Assembly (NCBI GenBank): GCA_964016885.1
Contig: OZ024757.1
Location: 15,562,001-15,626,000 of the forward strand
Direction of reading: 5' to 3'
Length of the DNA: 64,000 nucleotides
DNA from: Eledone cirrhosa
Lineage: Eukaryota
The position numbers were made by a program, and so were the translations under genes. The notes below the pieces were generated by a model, which made no database searches, had not been told where the DNA came from, and saw only the letters and a program-made list of their open reading frames with translations. This document shows positions 53,326 to 64,000 of the stretch, in pieces; the stretch's first letter is position 1; every line of letters starts with the position of its first letter.

Positions 53326-54822
53326 ATGATGGTGGTGGTGGTGGCTGTGGTGGTATTGATGGTGGTGGTGGTGGTGATGGTGGTGGTGGTGGTATTGATG
53401 GTGGTGGTGGTGGTGGTGGTGGCTGTGGTGGTATTGATGGTGGTGGTGGTGGTGATGGTGGTATTGATGGTGGTGGTGGTGGTGATGGTGGTGATGGTGA
53501 CTGTGGTGGTATTGATGGTGGTGGTGGTGGTGGTGGTGGTGGTGGTGGTGGTGATGGTGGCTGTGGTGGTATTGATGGTGGTGGTGGTGGTGATGGTGGC
53601 TGTGGTGGTATTGATGGTGGTGGTGGTGGTGATGGTGGCTGTGATGGTATTGTTGGTGGTGGTGGTGGTGGTGATGGTGACTGTGGTGGTATTGATGGTG
53701 ATGGTGGTGATGGTGACTGTGGTGGTATTGATGGTGGTGGTGGTGGTGGTGGTGGTGGTGGTATTGATGGTGGTGGTGGTGGTGATGGTGGCTGTGGTGG
53801 TATTGATGGTGGTGGTGGTGGTGATGGTGGCTGTGATGGTATTGTTGGTGGTGGTGGTGGTGGTGATGGTGACTGTGGTGGTATTGATGGTGATGGTGGT
53901 GATGGTGGCTGTGATGGTATTGTTGGTGGTGGTGGTGGTGGTGATGGTGACTGTGGTGGTATTGATGGTGGTGGTGGTGGTGGTGATGGTGGTTGTGGTG
54001 GTATTGATGGTGGTGGTGATGGTGATGGTGGCTGTGGTGGTATTGATGCTGGTGGTGGTGATGGTGGCTGTGGTGGTATTGATGTTATTGGTGGTGGTGA
54101 TGGTGGCTGTGGTGGTATTGATGGTGGTGGTGGTGATGGTGGCTGTGGTGGTATTGATGGTGGTGGTGATGGTGGCTTTGGTGGTATTGATGCTGGTGGT
54201 GGTGGTGATGGTGGCTGTGGTGGTATTGATGCTGGTGGTGGTGATGGTGGCTGTGGTGGTATTGATGGTGGTGGTGATGGTGGCTGTGGTGGTATTGATG
54301 CTGGTGGTGGTGGTGATGGTGGCTGTGGTGGTATTGATGCTGGTGGTGGTGATGGTGGCTGTGGTGGTATTGATGTTATTGGTGGTGGTGATGGTGGCTG
54401 TGGTGGTATTGATGTTATTGGTGGTGGTGATGGTGGTGGTGGTGTTGGTGGTGGTGGTGTTGGTAGTGGTGGTGGTGTTGGTGGATACTGGCATTAATGT
54501 GGTGGCATTGATAGTGATGGTGGTGGCAGTGATGCTGGTATTGGTGTTGATGTTGTTGTAATGGTGGTGATGGTGTTGGTTTTAGTACTGATAGTGATGG
54601 TGGTTGGTAGTAATGGTGTTGGTGGGGCTGGTGGTGATGGTGGTGGCAGTGATGGTGTTGGTTTTAGTACTGATAGTGATGGTGGTTGGTAGTAATGGTG
54701 TTGGTGGGGCTGGTGGTGATGGTGGTGGCAGTGATGGTGGTGGTTTTAGTACTGATAGCGACTGTTGTGGCCGTGATGCTGGTGGTGGTGGTGAGATGCT
54801 GGTGGTGGTGGTGAGATGCTGG
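53326..54822. repeat. (GGT)n-based degenerate trinucleotide satellite
   Basis: Direct reading; poly-V and poly-T ORFs. Confidence 0.95.
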
Positions 54823-55140
54823 TTATCTGAGCTATAATATTCTCTGTGCCGCAGTCATTAGAGACTTGCTACCAGATCCTGCCGGGAGTGGTGGAGTGGG
54901 TGGCTGGGGGGGGGGGGGGGGAGTGACTCACCAGAGTGGAATAACTTTTGTGTTGATAAAGACAATGTGAAATGAGAAATAAACTATTTATTTTGGTAAA
55001 CTAGTTAGTAACATATTAATTAACTCCTAATATCCTGGAATGATTTAGGAGAAAATACCAATAAACTGGTTTGTTAATTTAAATGGTTATAGTATCTTTA
55101 CTAGTGGACAGATCACTGTGAAAATCAACAGTATTGGACT

Positions 55141-55369
55141 TTAACCCTTTAGCATTTACATTACTCTAAATATACTATTGTATTTTCGTGGTAAAGGCTT
55201 TATTTCATATAATTATCTCACATAATATCAAATCTACAAAATTTTGATATTATTTGTTTTGAGAATCATACCTTAACGTCAGTATGAGTGGCCGGTTACA
55301 GCCAGTTTGAACAGGAAGAGGCAAGATAATTCTGGCCGGATATGGACGGTTTAAATGGTAAAGGGTTAA
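55141..55369. mobile_element. piggyBac-like MITE
   Basis: ttaaccctttagcattta ... ttaaatggtaaagggttaa. Confidence 0.8.
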
Positions 55370-55411
55370 TATTTAATGTGGTACAGTCATAGTGTTGTTT
55401 TGTTCTTTTCA

Positions 55412-55910
55412 ATAATTGTTTCTACTTTTGGCACAAGGCCAGCAATTACCCAGTGCATTACTGGTACTTTATTTTATCGACCCCGTAAGGAGGAAAGGCA
55501 AAGTTAACCTCGGCGGGATTTGAACTCAGACCATAAAGGGACGTAACTCTATGCTGGAAAGCATGGCGTCCGACCCTCTACCGATACTGCCAATCCACCG
55601 CAATAATGTCTTGCTAATGTGGTTTCATGTGGCTGTTAATTTAAATGTTTATAGTATCTCTACTAGCGGACAGATCGCTGTAAAAATCTGCTGTATTAGG
55701 GAGAAGACTTTACTATTTAATCCTTTCTACTTTTTGGTACAAAGGCAGCAATTTCTCCAGTGCATAACTGGTACTTTATTTTATCGACCCCATAAGGATG
55801 AAAGGCAAAGTTAATCTCAGCGGGATTTGAACTCAGATCATATAGGGACACAGCACTATGCTGGAAAGCATGGCGTCCGACCCTCTCCCAATACTGCCAA
55901 TCCACTGCTC
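55412..55910 (-). mobile_element. Two SINE-B copies (55412-55602, 55720-55910)
   Basis: Match to other SINE-B copies. Confidence 0.8.
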
Positions 55911-56706
55911 TTTAATATTTAATGCTATACAGTTATAGTGTTGTATTATACTTTTCAAGAAAGTCTTGCTCATGTGGTTTCATGTGGTTTGTTAACTGAA
56001 ATGTTTATAGTGTCTTTACTAGTGATAGCAATGGTGATGATGATGATGGTAATGGCCATGAGGAGGATGATGATAATGGCAATGATTATGATGATGATGA
56101 TAATGATAATGATGATGATAATGGCGATGATGCTGATGATGATGATAAAAATAATAGCTCCCTCTCCCCCACCCTTTCCCATACTTCAACCAATCCATAT
56201 ATAGCTGTTTGATACTTCTATTTCATAAAAACATCCTCCATTACACTACTGCTGGGTAATCACTTATAGTATTTTTAATCACGTCCGAACATATGAAGAA
56301 CACCAGGCACGTGTGTTTCTTGATAGCTTTTCTCAATTCGTTTACGTCTTTTTTTTTATTGTGTTCTTAATTAGTTTTGTGTAATTTCTCATCTACAATT
56401 AAAAGCCCCACCACAAATGAATAGAAACTCATCACAAAACACTGGCCCTTCATCAAATAACAACAGAACAATTCAGAATGTTATTGCTAACAGCAAACTT
56501 AATTAATATCCCTCTGACATAACATATTGCAGCCTCTCAGGATAAATGAATTTCAATGATTTTGTTGTAACATACAGCTTTTATAGTGTAAAGTAATAAA
56601 GATTATATGAGGGTCGGCTGTAAAGTTCATAGCCTGACCAAGATAGGTAAAAAGACCCTTCAGTCATGAATGACCATAGGATTTGCACCTAAAAAGTTCC
56701 CCTCCA

Positions 56707-59700
56707 AGGCACAAGTCTGGGCAAGGTTGTTTGTGGAAGACCAGCAGTCTCCCATGCATACCAGTCTCCCCTCTGAGGCACAAGTCCAGGCAAGGTTGTT
56801 TGTGGAAGACCAGCTGTCTCCCAGGCATACCAGTCTGTCCTCTGAGGCACAATCCAGGCAAGGTTGTTTGTGGAAGACCAGCTGTCTCCCATGCATACCA
56901 GTCTGTCCTCTGAGGCACAATCCAGGCAAGGTTGTTTGTGGAAGACCAGCTGTCTCCCAGGCATACCAGTCTGTCCTCTGAGGCACAATCCAGGCTAGGT
57001 TGTTTGTGGAAGACCAGCTGTCTCCCATGCATACCAGTCTCCCCTCTGAGGCACAATCCAGGCTAGGTTGTTTGTGGAAGACCAGCAGTCTCCCATGCAT
57101 ACCAGTCTCCCCTCTGAGGCACAATCCAGGCAAGGTTGTTTGTGGAAGACCAGCTGTCTCCCATGCATACCAGTCTCCCCTCTGAGGCACAATCCAGGCT
57201 AGGTTGTTTGTGGAAGACCAGCTGTCTCCCATGCATACCAGTCTCCCCTCTGAGGCACAATCCAGGCTAGGTTGTTTGTGGAAGACCAGCAGTCTCCCAT
57301 GCATACCAGTCTCCCCTCTGAGGCACAATCCAGGCAAGGTTGTTTGTGGAAGACCAGCTGTCTCCCATGCATACCAGTCTCCCCTCTGAGGCACAATCCA
57401 GGCAAGGTTGTTTGTGGAAGACCAGCTGTCTCCCATGCATACCAGTCTCCCCTCTGAGGCACAATCCAGGCAAGGTTGTTTGTGGAAGACCAGCTGTCTC
57501 CCATGCATACCAGTCTCCCCTCTGAGGCACAATCCAGGCAAGGTTGTTTGTGGAAGACCAGCTGTCTCCCATGCATACCAGTCTCCCCTCTGAGGCACAA
57601 TCCAGGCTAGGTTGTTTGTGGAAGACCAGCTGTCTCCCATGCATACCAGTCTCCCCTCTGAGGCACAATCCAGGCTAGGTTGTTTGTGGAAGACCAGCAG
57701 TCTCCCATGCATACCAGTCTCCCCTCTGAGGCACAATCCAGGCAAGGTTGTTTGTGGAAGACCAGCTGTCTCCCATGCATACCAGTCTCCCCTCTGAGGC
57801 ACAATCCAGGCAAGGTTGTTTGTGGAAGACCAGCTGTCTCCCATGCATACCAGTCTCCCCTCTGAGGCACAATCCAGGCAAGGTTGTTTGTGGAAGACCA
57901 GCTGTCTCCCATGCATACCAGTCTCCCCTCTGAGGCACAATCCAGGCAAGGTTGTTTGTGGAAGACCAGCTGTCTCCCATGCATACCAGTCTCCCCTCTG
58001 AGGCACAATCCAGGCTAGGTTGTTTGTGGAAGACCAGCTGTCTCCCATGCATACCAGTCTCCCCTCTGAGGCACAATCCAGGCTAGGTTGTTTGTGGAAG
58101 ACCAGCAGTCTCCCATGCATACCAGTCTCCCCTCTGAGGCACAATCCAGGCAAGGTTGTTTGTGGAAGACCAGCTGTCTCCCATGCATACCAGTCTCCCC
58201 TCTGAGGCACAATCCAGGCAAGGTTGTTTGTGGAAGACCAGCTGTCTCCCATGCATACCAGTCTCCCCTCTGAGGCACAATCCAGGCAAGGTTGTTTGTG
58301 GAAGACCAGCTGTCTCCCATGCATACCAGTCTCCCCTCTGAGGCACAATCCAGGCAAGGTTGTTTGTGGAAGACCAGCTGTCTCCCATGCATACCAGTCT
58401 CCCCTCTGAGGCACAATCCAGGCTAGGTTGTTTGTGGAAGACCAGCTGTCTCCCATGCATACCAGTCTCCCCTCTGAGGCACAATCCAGGCTAGGTTGTT
58501 TGTGGAAGACCAGCAGTCTCCCATGCATACCAGTCTCCCCTCTGAGGCACAATCCAGGCAAGGTTGTTTGTGGAAGACCAGCTGTCTCCCATGCATACCA
58601 GTCTCCCCTCTGAGGCACAATCCAGGCTAGGTTGTTTGTGGAAGACCAGCAGTCTCCCATGCATACCAGTCTCCCCTCTGAGGCACAATCCAGGCTAGGT
58701 TGTTTGTGGAAGACCAGCTGTCTCCCATGCATACCAGTCTCCCCTCTGAGGCACAATCCAGGCTAGGTTGTTTGTGGAAGACCAGCAGTCTCCCATGCAT
58801 ACCAGTCTCCCCTCTGAGGCACAATCCAGGCTAGGTTGTTTGTGGAAGACCAGCTGTCTCCCATGCATACCAGTCTCCCCTCTGAGGCACAATCCAGGCT
58901 AGGTTGTTTGTGGAAGACCAGCAGTCTCCCATGCATACCAGTCTCCCCTCTGAGGCACAATCCAGGCTAGGTTGTTTGTGGAAGACCAGCTGTCTCCCAT
59001 GCATACCAGTCTCCCCTCTGAGGCACAATCCAGGCTAGGTTGTTTGTGGAAGACCAGCTGTCTCCCATGCATACCAGTCTCCCCTCTGAGGCACAATCCA
59101 GGCTAGGTTGTTTGTGGAAGACCAGCAGTCTCCCATGCATACCAGTCTCCCCTCTGAGGCACAATCCAGGCAAGGTTGTTTGTGGAAAACCAGCTGTCTC
59201 CCATGCATACCAGTCTCCCCTCTGAGGCACAATCCAGGCAAGGTTGTTTGTGGAAGACCAGCAGTCTCCCATGCATACCAGTCTCCCCTCTCAGGCACAA
59301 TCCAGGCTAGGTTGTTTGTGGAAGACCAGCAGTCTCCCGTGCATACCAGTCTCCCCTCTCAGGCACAATCCAGGCAAGGTTGTTTGTGGAAGACCAGCAG
59401 TCTCCCAGGCATACTAGTCTGTCCTCTGAGGCACAATCCAGGCAAGGTTGTTTGTGGAAGACCAGCAGTCTCCCATGCATACCAGTCTCCCCTCTGAGGC
59501 ACAATCCAGGCTAGGTTGTTTGTGGAAGACCAGCAGTCTCCCATGCATACCAGTCTCCCCTCTGAGGCACAATCCAGGCTAGGTTGTTTGTGGAAGACCA
59601 GCAGTCTCCCGTGCATACTAGTCTCCCCTCTGAGGCACAATCCAGGCAAGGTTGTTTGTGGAAGACCAGCAGTCTCCCATGCATACCAGTCTCCCCTCTG

Positions 59701-60165
59701 AGGCACAATCCAGGCTAGGTTGTTTGTGGAAGACCAGCAGTCTCCCATGCATACCAGTCTCCCCTCTGAGGCACAATCCAGGCTAGGTTGTTTGTGGAAG
59801 ACCAGCAGTCTCCCGTGCATACTAGTCTCCCCTCTGAGGCACAATCCAGGCAAGGTTGTTTGTGGAAGACCAGCAGTCTCCCATGCATACCAGTCTCCCC
59901 TCTGAGGCACAATCCAGGCTAGGTTGTTTGTGGAAGACCAGCAGTCTCCCGTGCATACTAGTCTCCCCTCTGAGGCACAATCCAGGCAAGGTTGTTTGTG
60001 GAAGACCAGCAGTCTCCCATGCATACCAGTCTCCCCTCTGAGGCACAATCCAGGCTAGGTTGTTTGTGGAAGACCAGCAGTCTCCCATGCATACCAGTCT
60101 CCTCTCTGAGGCACAAGTCCAGGCAAGGTTGTTTGTGGAAGACCAGCAGTCTCCCAGGCATACTA
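56707..60165. repeat. 68-bp satellite (~50 units) with a 408-bp (6-mer) higher-order repeat
   Basis: Unit aggcacaatccaggcWaggttgtttgtggaagaccagcWgtctcccatgcataccagtctcccctctg. Identical ORFs recur at 408-bp steps (57199, 57607, 58015). Confidence 0.96.
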
Positions 60166-60385
60166 CTCATCCCTCTTCACACCACCGATTTTGTCCAAGG
60201 GAGAGACAAAGGCCAATACAGCTTGGCACCAGCGATGTTGCAACTCATTTCTACAGCTGAGTGAACTGGAGCACGTGAAATAAAGTGTCTTGCTCAAGAA
60301 TACAACACAAAGTTCGGCCGAGAATCGAACTCACAACCTCATGATTATAAGCCTGACGCTCTAACCACTAAGCTAAGCTATGTGC
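60165..60385 (-). mobile_element. 5' half of the tRNA-derived SINE that hosts the 68-bp satellite (3' remainder ~56650-56707)
   Basis: Minus head gcttagtggttagagcgtcaggc...gagttcgattctc and core cttgagcaagacactttatttcac...cagctgtagaaatgag, shared with SINE-A. Confidence 0.75.
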
Positions 60386-60884
60386 AAGATATTTTCATGT
60401 AAATGTTGTTGGTGTTAGGATGGGCATCCAGCAACCATAAAAACCCAGCTAAAATATGGTCCTATGAACAAGGTACAGTGTGGCCAACTGGCTAGACCTG
60501 CTTTGTAATGGGACCACCCAGCTTCCAAAATACGGTTCCACTATGAAGAGGGTATGGCACAGCCAACTGGCTAGACCCTCCTCATAACGAGACCACCCAG
60601 TTCCACACTGTAAATGTGATTGGTGTTAGGAAAGGCATCCAGTTGTAAAAACCGAGCCAAAATAGAGTTCAGTTTGAGCGAGGTACAGCATGGCCAACTG
60701 ACCAGACTTGTCTCATAATGTGGACAACCCATCTAACTCATGCAAGCGAGGAAAAATAGACGTTAGATGATGATGTATCAACCGGCTTTTATAGCGTAAA
60801 GCAATAAACATTTTATTAGGGTTGGCTGAAAAGTTCATAGGCTGACAAGATACTCTCATGGAATCACACACATGTCTGTGTGTG

Positions 60885-61060
60885 ATGTACGATGTTGCAT
60901 GGTAGTAAGACACTTTCAGTAAATGCAGAGGAGTTGCAATAAATGGGAAGAGAAATGAAGGGAGTATGATCTGATGAATGTACAATGTTAATATGTATGA
61001 ACAACAAAGCCTGGATAAGCTGAGAGAAAAGCTGGGTATAAGAGGAATAAGATGTAGTGT
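60885..61060 (+). mobile_element. Degraded RTE RT C-terminal fragment
   Basis: MLHGSKTLSVNAEELQ...NEGSMI..MYNVNMYEQQSLDKLREKLGIRGIRCSV. Confidence 0.6.
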
Positions 61061-61708
61061 TGGCCTTGTGCCTAAATCAATTATTAACCTAGAGTTGAGT
61101 TCAAATCCTGTTGAGGTTAGCTTTGCCTTACTGGGGTCGATAAAATAAAGCACCAGTAATGTACTGGGGTCGATTTAATCGACTTTCCTCTCCCCTTCAA
61201 ATTGCTACCCTTGTCCCTATAGTAGAAATCATTATTGACCTAGAGGTTGGAACATAAATTAAGAAAGGTTCTTACATGAAATTATGTTTGGCTTTTAGGT
61301 AAATATAAAGACATTAAAACAGTTTTATATTATAGACCGAAGAGCAGTTTCAGACTATCAAAAGGTTTAAATATTTATATATTCAAAAATATTTACTGTG
61401 ACTGCATTTTTAAAAATAATTCATCAAAGATCAAAATACATTGTTAGAAATGTGCACAAGTGTTTATCGACTGGGGAATGGGGTGAACGGTTCTTCTAAC
61501 TAGCAGATGAATAGTTAAGATGTGAGAAGAGTCTTCTAGAAACTTCTATCTATACATGTGTAACAGATAACACTTCCCTGACACTTGTGTTGACATGATA
61601 AGAAGTGTGAATTTTAAAATATTATATCGACTGTGAGTATATATGTATATAATAGTGGTGCATTCAAAAGTATTATATAGACTATGTATTTATGTATATA
61701 TTCATACG

Positions 61709-61913
61709 TTAACATTTAAACCAGCTGTATCTGCCCAGAATTCTCCCACCTCTTTCTGTTCAAACTGGCCACTAGCCACTCATACTGATGTTAGTGTATT
61801 GTTCTCAAAATAAATTTATATCAAAATCTCATAGATTTGATATTATGCGAGGTAAACCCTTTACCATGAAAACATAATAATAAATATAGAGTAATGTAAA
61901 GGCTAAAGGGTTA
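61709..61913. mobile_element. piggyBac-like MITE
   Basis: Body matches the other copies; ends ggctaaagggtta. Confidence 0.7.
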
Positions 61914-62634
61914 CTAGTGTGAATTTTAAAATATTATATATTGACTGTGTATGTGTATATATATGTATATATATATATATATGCGTATATACATCATCAT
62001 TATCATCATTGTTTAATGTCCATCTTCCACGATAGCATGGGTTGGACGGTTTTGTTCCACTTGAGGCAAGATTGGTCAGGAGACCGTGTCTCGCTCATAC
62101 AGAACTGTCCCTGGCAGGTTTTCTATGACTGGCTGCCCTTCCTAACACCAACCACATTTACAGTGTGGACTGGGAGCCTTTTTACCATGTTACCCACACG
62201 GATCTAGCTGTTGAAATGGCTGGAGCTCAGCCGTTGGGGTCCTGAATCTTTTCATATATATATATGAAAAAATTCAGGACCCCAACGGATTTTAGTCTTC
62301 AAATTTATTATTATTACTATATATATATTAATAGGGTAAACAAAGAAAGTATGTTTGGAATGCAGTGAGTGAAGTTTATAATTGAAATAGAAGCTTCGCT
62401 GTAATATTGACTAAATAATATAGTCTAATAATGGGGTCATATAAACCCACTGAACCTGAAAAAAATGGGTGGCAGTACACATGTACTGATGCGCATCTTT
62501 TTTCCATTCAGTGGATCTATATGACCCCATTATTAGACTATATTATTTAGTCAATATTACAGCAAAGCTTCTATTTCAATTATTTGTGTGAATTCTAAAT
62601 AATATATTGACTGTGTATCATTATCATTATCACA

Positions 62635-62890
62635 ACTTACTCTGACAGTCCTGCAGTTTTATGCTTCTTCATCTCCTTAATTGTTTCTTTGACCCTATAA
62701 CTGTCAACTTCAATAGCTAGACCTTCGTTGGGTAAGTTGGGGCTAGTTTTTCTTCGTCCCATTCATTCTCTGCATTCATCAATCTCTCATAGTTATATTC
62801 CCATGCCTCTTTCTTTTGAGCATCAGTTGTACTATGTGCACCAGAGTCATTTCTAACATACTTTTCCCTAACTTCATCTAGATTCCACTA
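62635..62890 (-). mobile_element. RTE LINE internal (EN-RT linker) fragment
   Basis: Minus frames give DAQKKEAWEYNYERLMNAENEWDEE...IEVDSYRVKETIKEMKK. Confidence 0.5.
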
Positions 62891-62959
62891 ACACACTGCC
62901 TTATGGTGTGGAACACTTCCTGTCTTTGATCCTCATGTCACAAGACATATAAATATCAT

Positions 62960-63298
62960 CATCATCATTTCATTTTACGTCCGCTTTTTCCCTGCTTGCA
63001 GGGGTGGGACGGAAACTGATTTTGGCTTGATTTCTACAGCTGGATGCCCTTCCTAACACCAACCTCATTTACAGTGAGTGCTGGGGACTTTTTTGCCGTT
63101 GCACCTCCACGACCAGTTTGCAGTGGAATGATAGGGACCCCAGTCCCTATCATCTCATTTCTACAGCTGAGTAAACTGGAGCAATATGAAATAAAGTGTC
63201 TTGCTCAAGGAAACAGCACATCAAACAGTCTGAGAATTGAACTCACAACCTTTTGATTGCAAGGCCAATGCTCTAACCACTAAGCCATGTGCCTCCAA
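62960..63298 (-). mobile_element. SINE family A
   Basis: Reverse complement of the 43174 copy. Confidence 0.85.
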
Positions 63299-63878
63299 AT
63301 GTATATATTAAAAGTGTGAATACTAAAATATTATATTGTCTGTGTTTATATGTATATATTAATAAGGGTATAAAGGCGGCAAATTGGCAGAGTCGTTAGA
63401 ATGTAGGAGAGAATGATTTATGGTATTCGTTCAGGCTCTCTGCTCTTGGAGTTCAAATCCCACCGAGGACAACTTTGCCTTTCATCCTTTCGAGGTCGAT
63501 AAAAAGAAGTAACAGTCTAGTACTGGAGCTGATTCATCCTCTGTATCTCTTTCTCATTTCCTCTCTCTCACTTTCTATCTTTCTCTGGAAGAAATCTGCT
63601 GTACTCAGTCCTGGAGAGGGAAGGGCTCCATCAGGCTTAAACTGCCCAAGTAATGCCGTATGTCAATATGGTGTCCCTACGACTCTATCAGGATTTGTGG
63701 GACCACACATACATCCAATAGGGTATATACGAAAGCATATACAATATGCTTATGCAGTGGTGGACTTACCTATAAGCTAAATAAGCTATAGCTTAGAGTT
63801 GCACATCCTCACGGACCTCATTTTTTTAAATACAATTTTTTTTTATCATTGCTTTTTATTCTTTAACACTAAATCATC

Positions 63879-63939
<61 letters not shown>

Positions 63940-64000
63940 CTTTATAGTTAACATTAATATAAAAATAATTAAAAATAGTTGTTTTGGAAGCCTCAACAAT

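Noticed and set aside
53301-54561. Thr-rich mucin-like (minus) and poly-Val (plus) ORFs
   Set aside because: (GGT)n microsatellite is open on both strands by composition; no signal peptide, splice context or unique domain.
56660-58756. 698-aa ORF and dozens of 61-133 aa ORFs
   Set aside because: Products of the 68-bp satellite; there are no unique spacers, so it is not CRISPR either.
60970-60985. ctgatga motif
   Set aside because: Lies within an RTE coding remnant; no accompanying stems or GAAA.

Overview
Eukaryotic, AT-rich DNA saturated with microsatellites and retroposons. The repeat landscape and the single exon point to an octopod cephalopod (inference). The only host coding sequence found is the first coding exon of a voltage-gated Ca2+ channel alpha1 subunit (Cav2/CACNA1A-B/cacophony type) on the minus strand at 2995-3188. 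It ends at a U12-type AT-AC donor (GG|ATATCCTTT). The other ~60 kb is 5' intron or upstream DNA. It contains (TA)n, (GATA)n and (GGT)n tracts, tRNA-derived SINEs, RTE, CR1, Tx1 and CRE LINE fragments, piggyBac- and pogo-like MITEs, a deleted mariner, and several satellites amplified from pieces of these elements. The most striking hidden signal is a set of short elements in (TA)n tracts, often folded back into long palindromes, that carry type I hammerhead ribozyme motifs. Four sequence families have canonical cores, two have variant cores and one retains only half a motif. This matches the pLTR signature of Penelope-like elements. Nearly all long ORFs in the supplied track are repeat artefacts.
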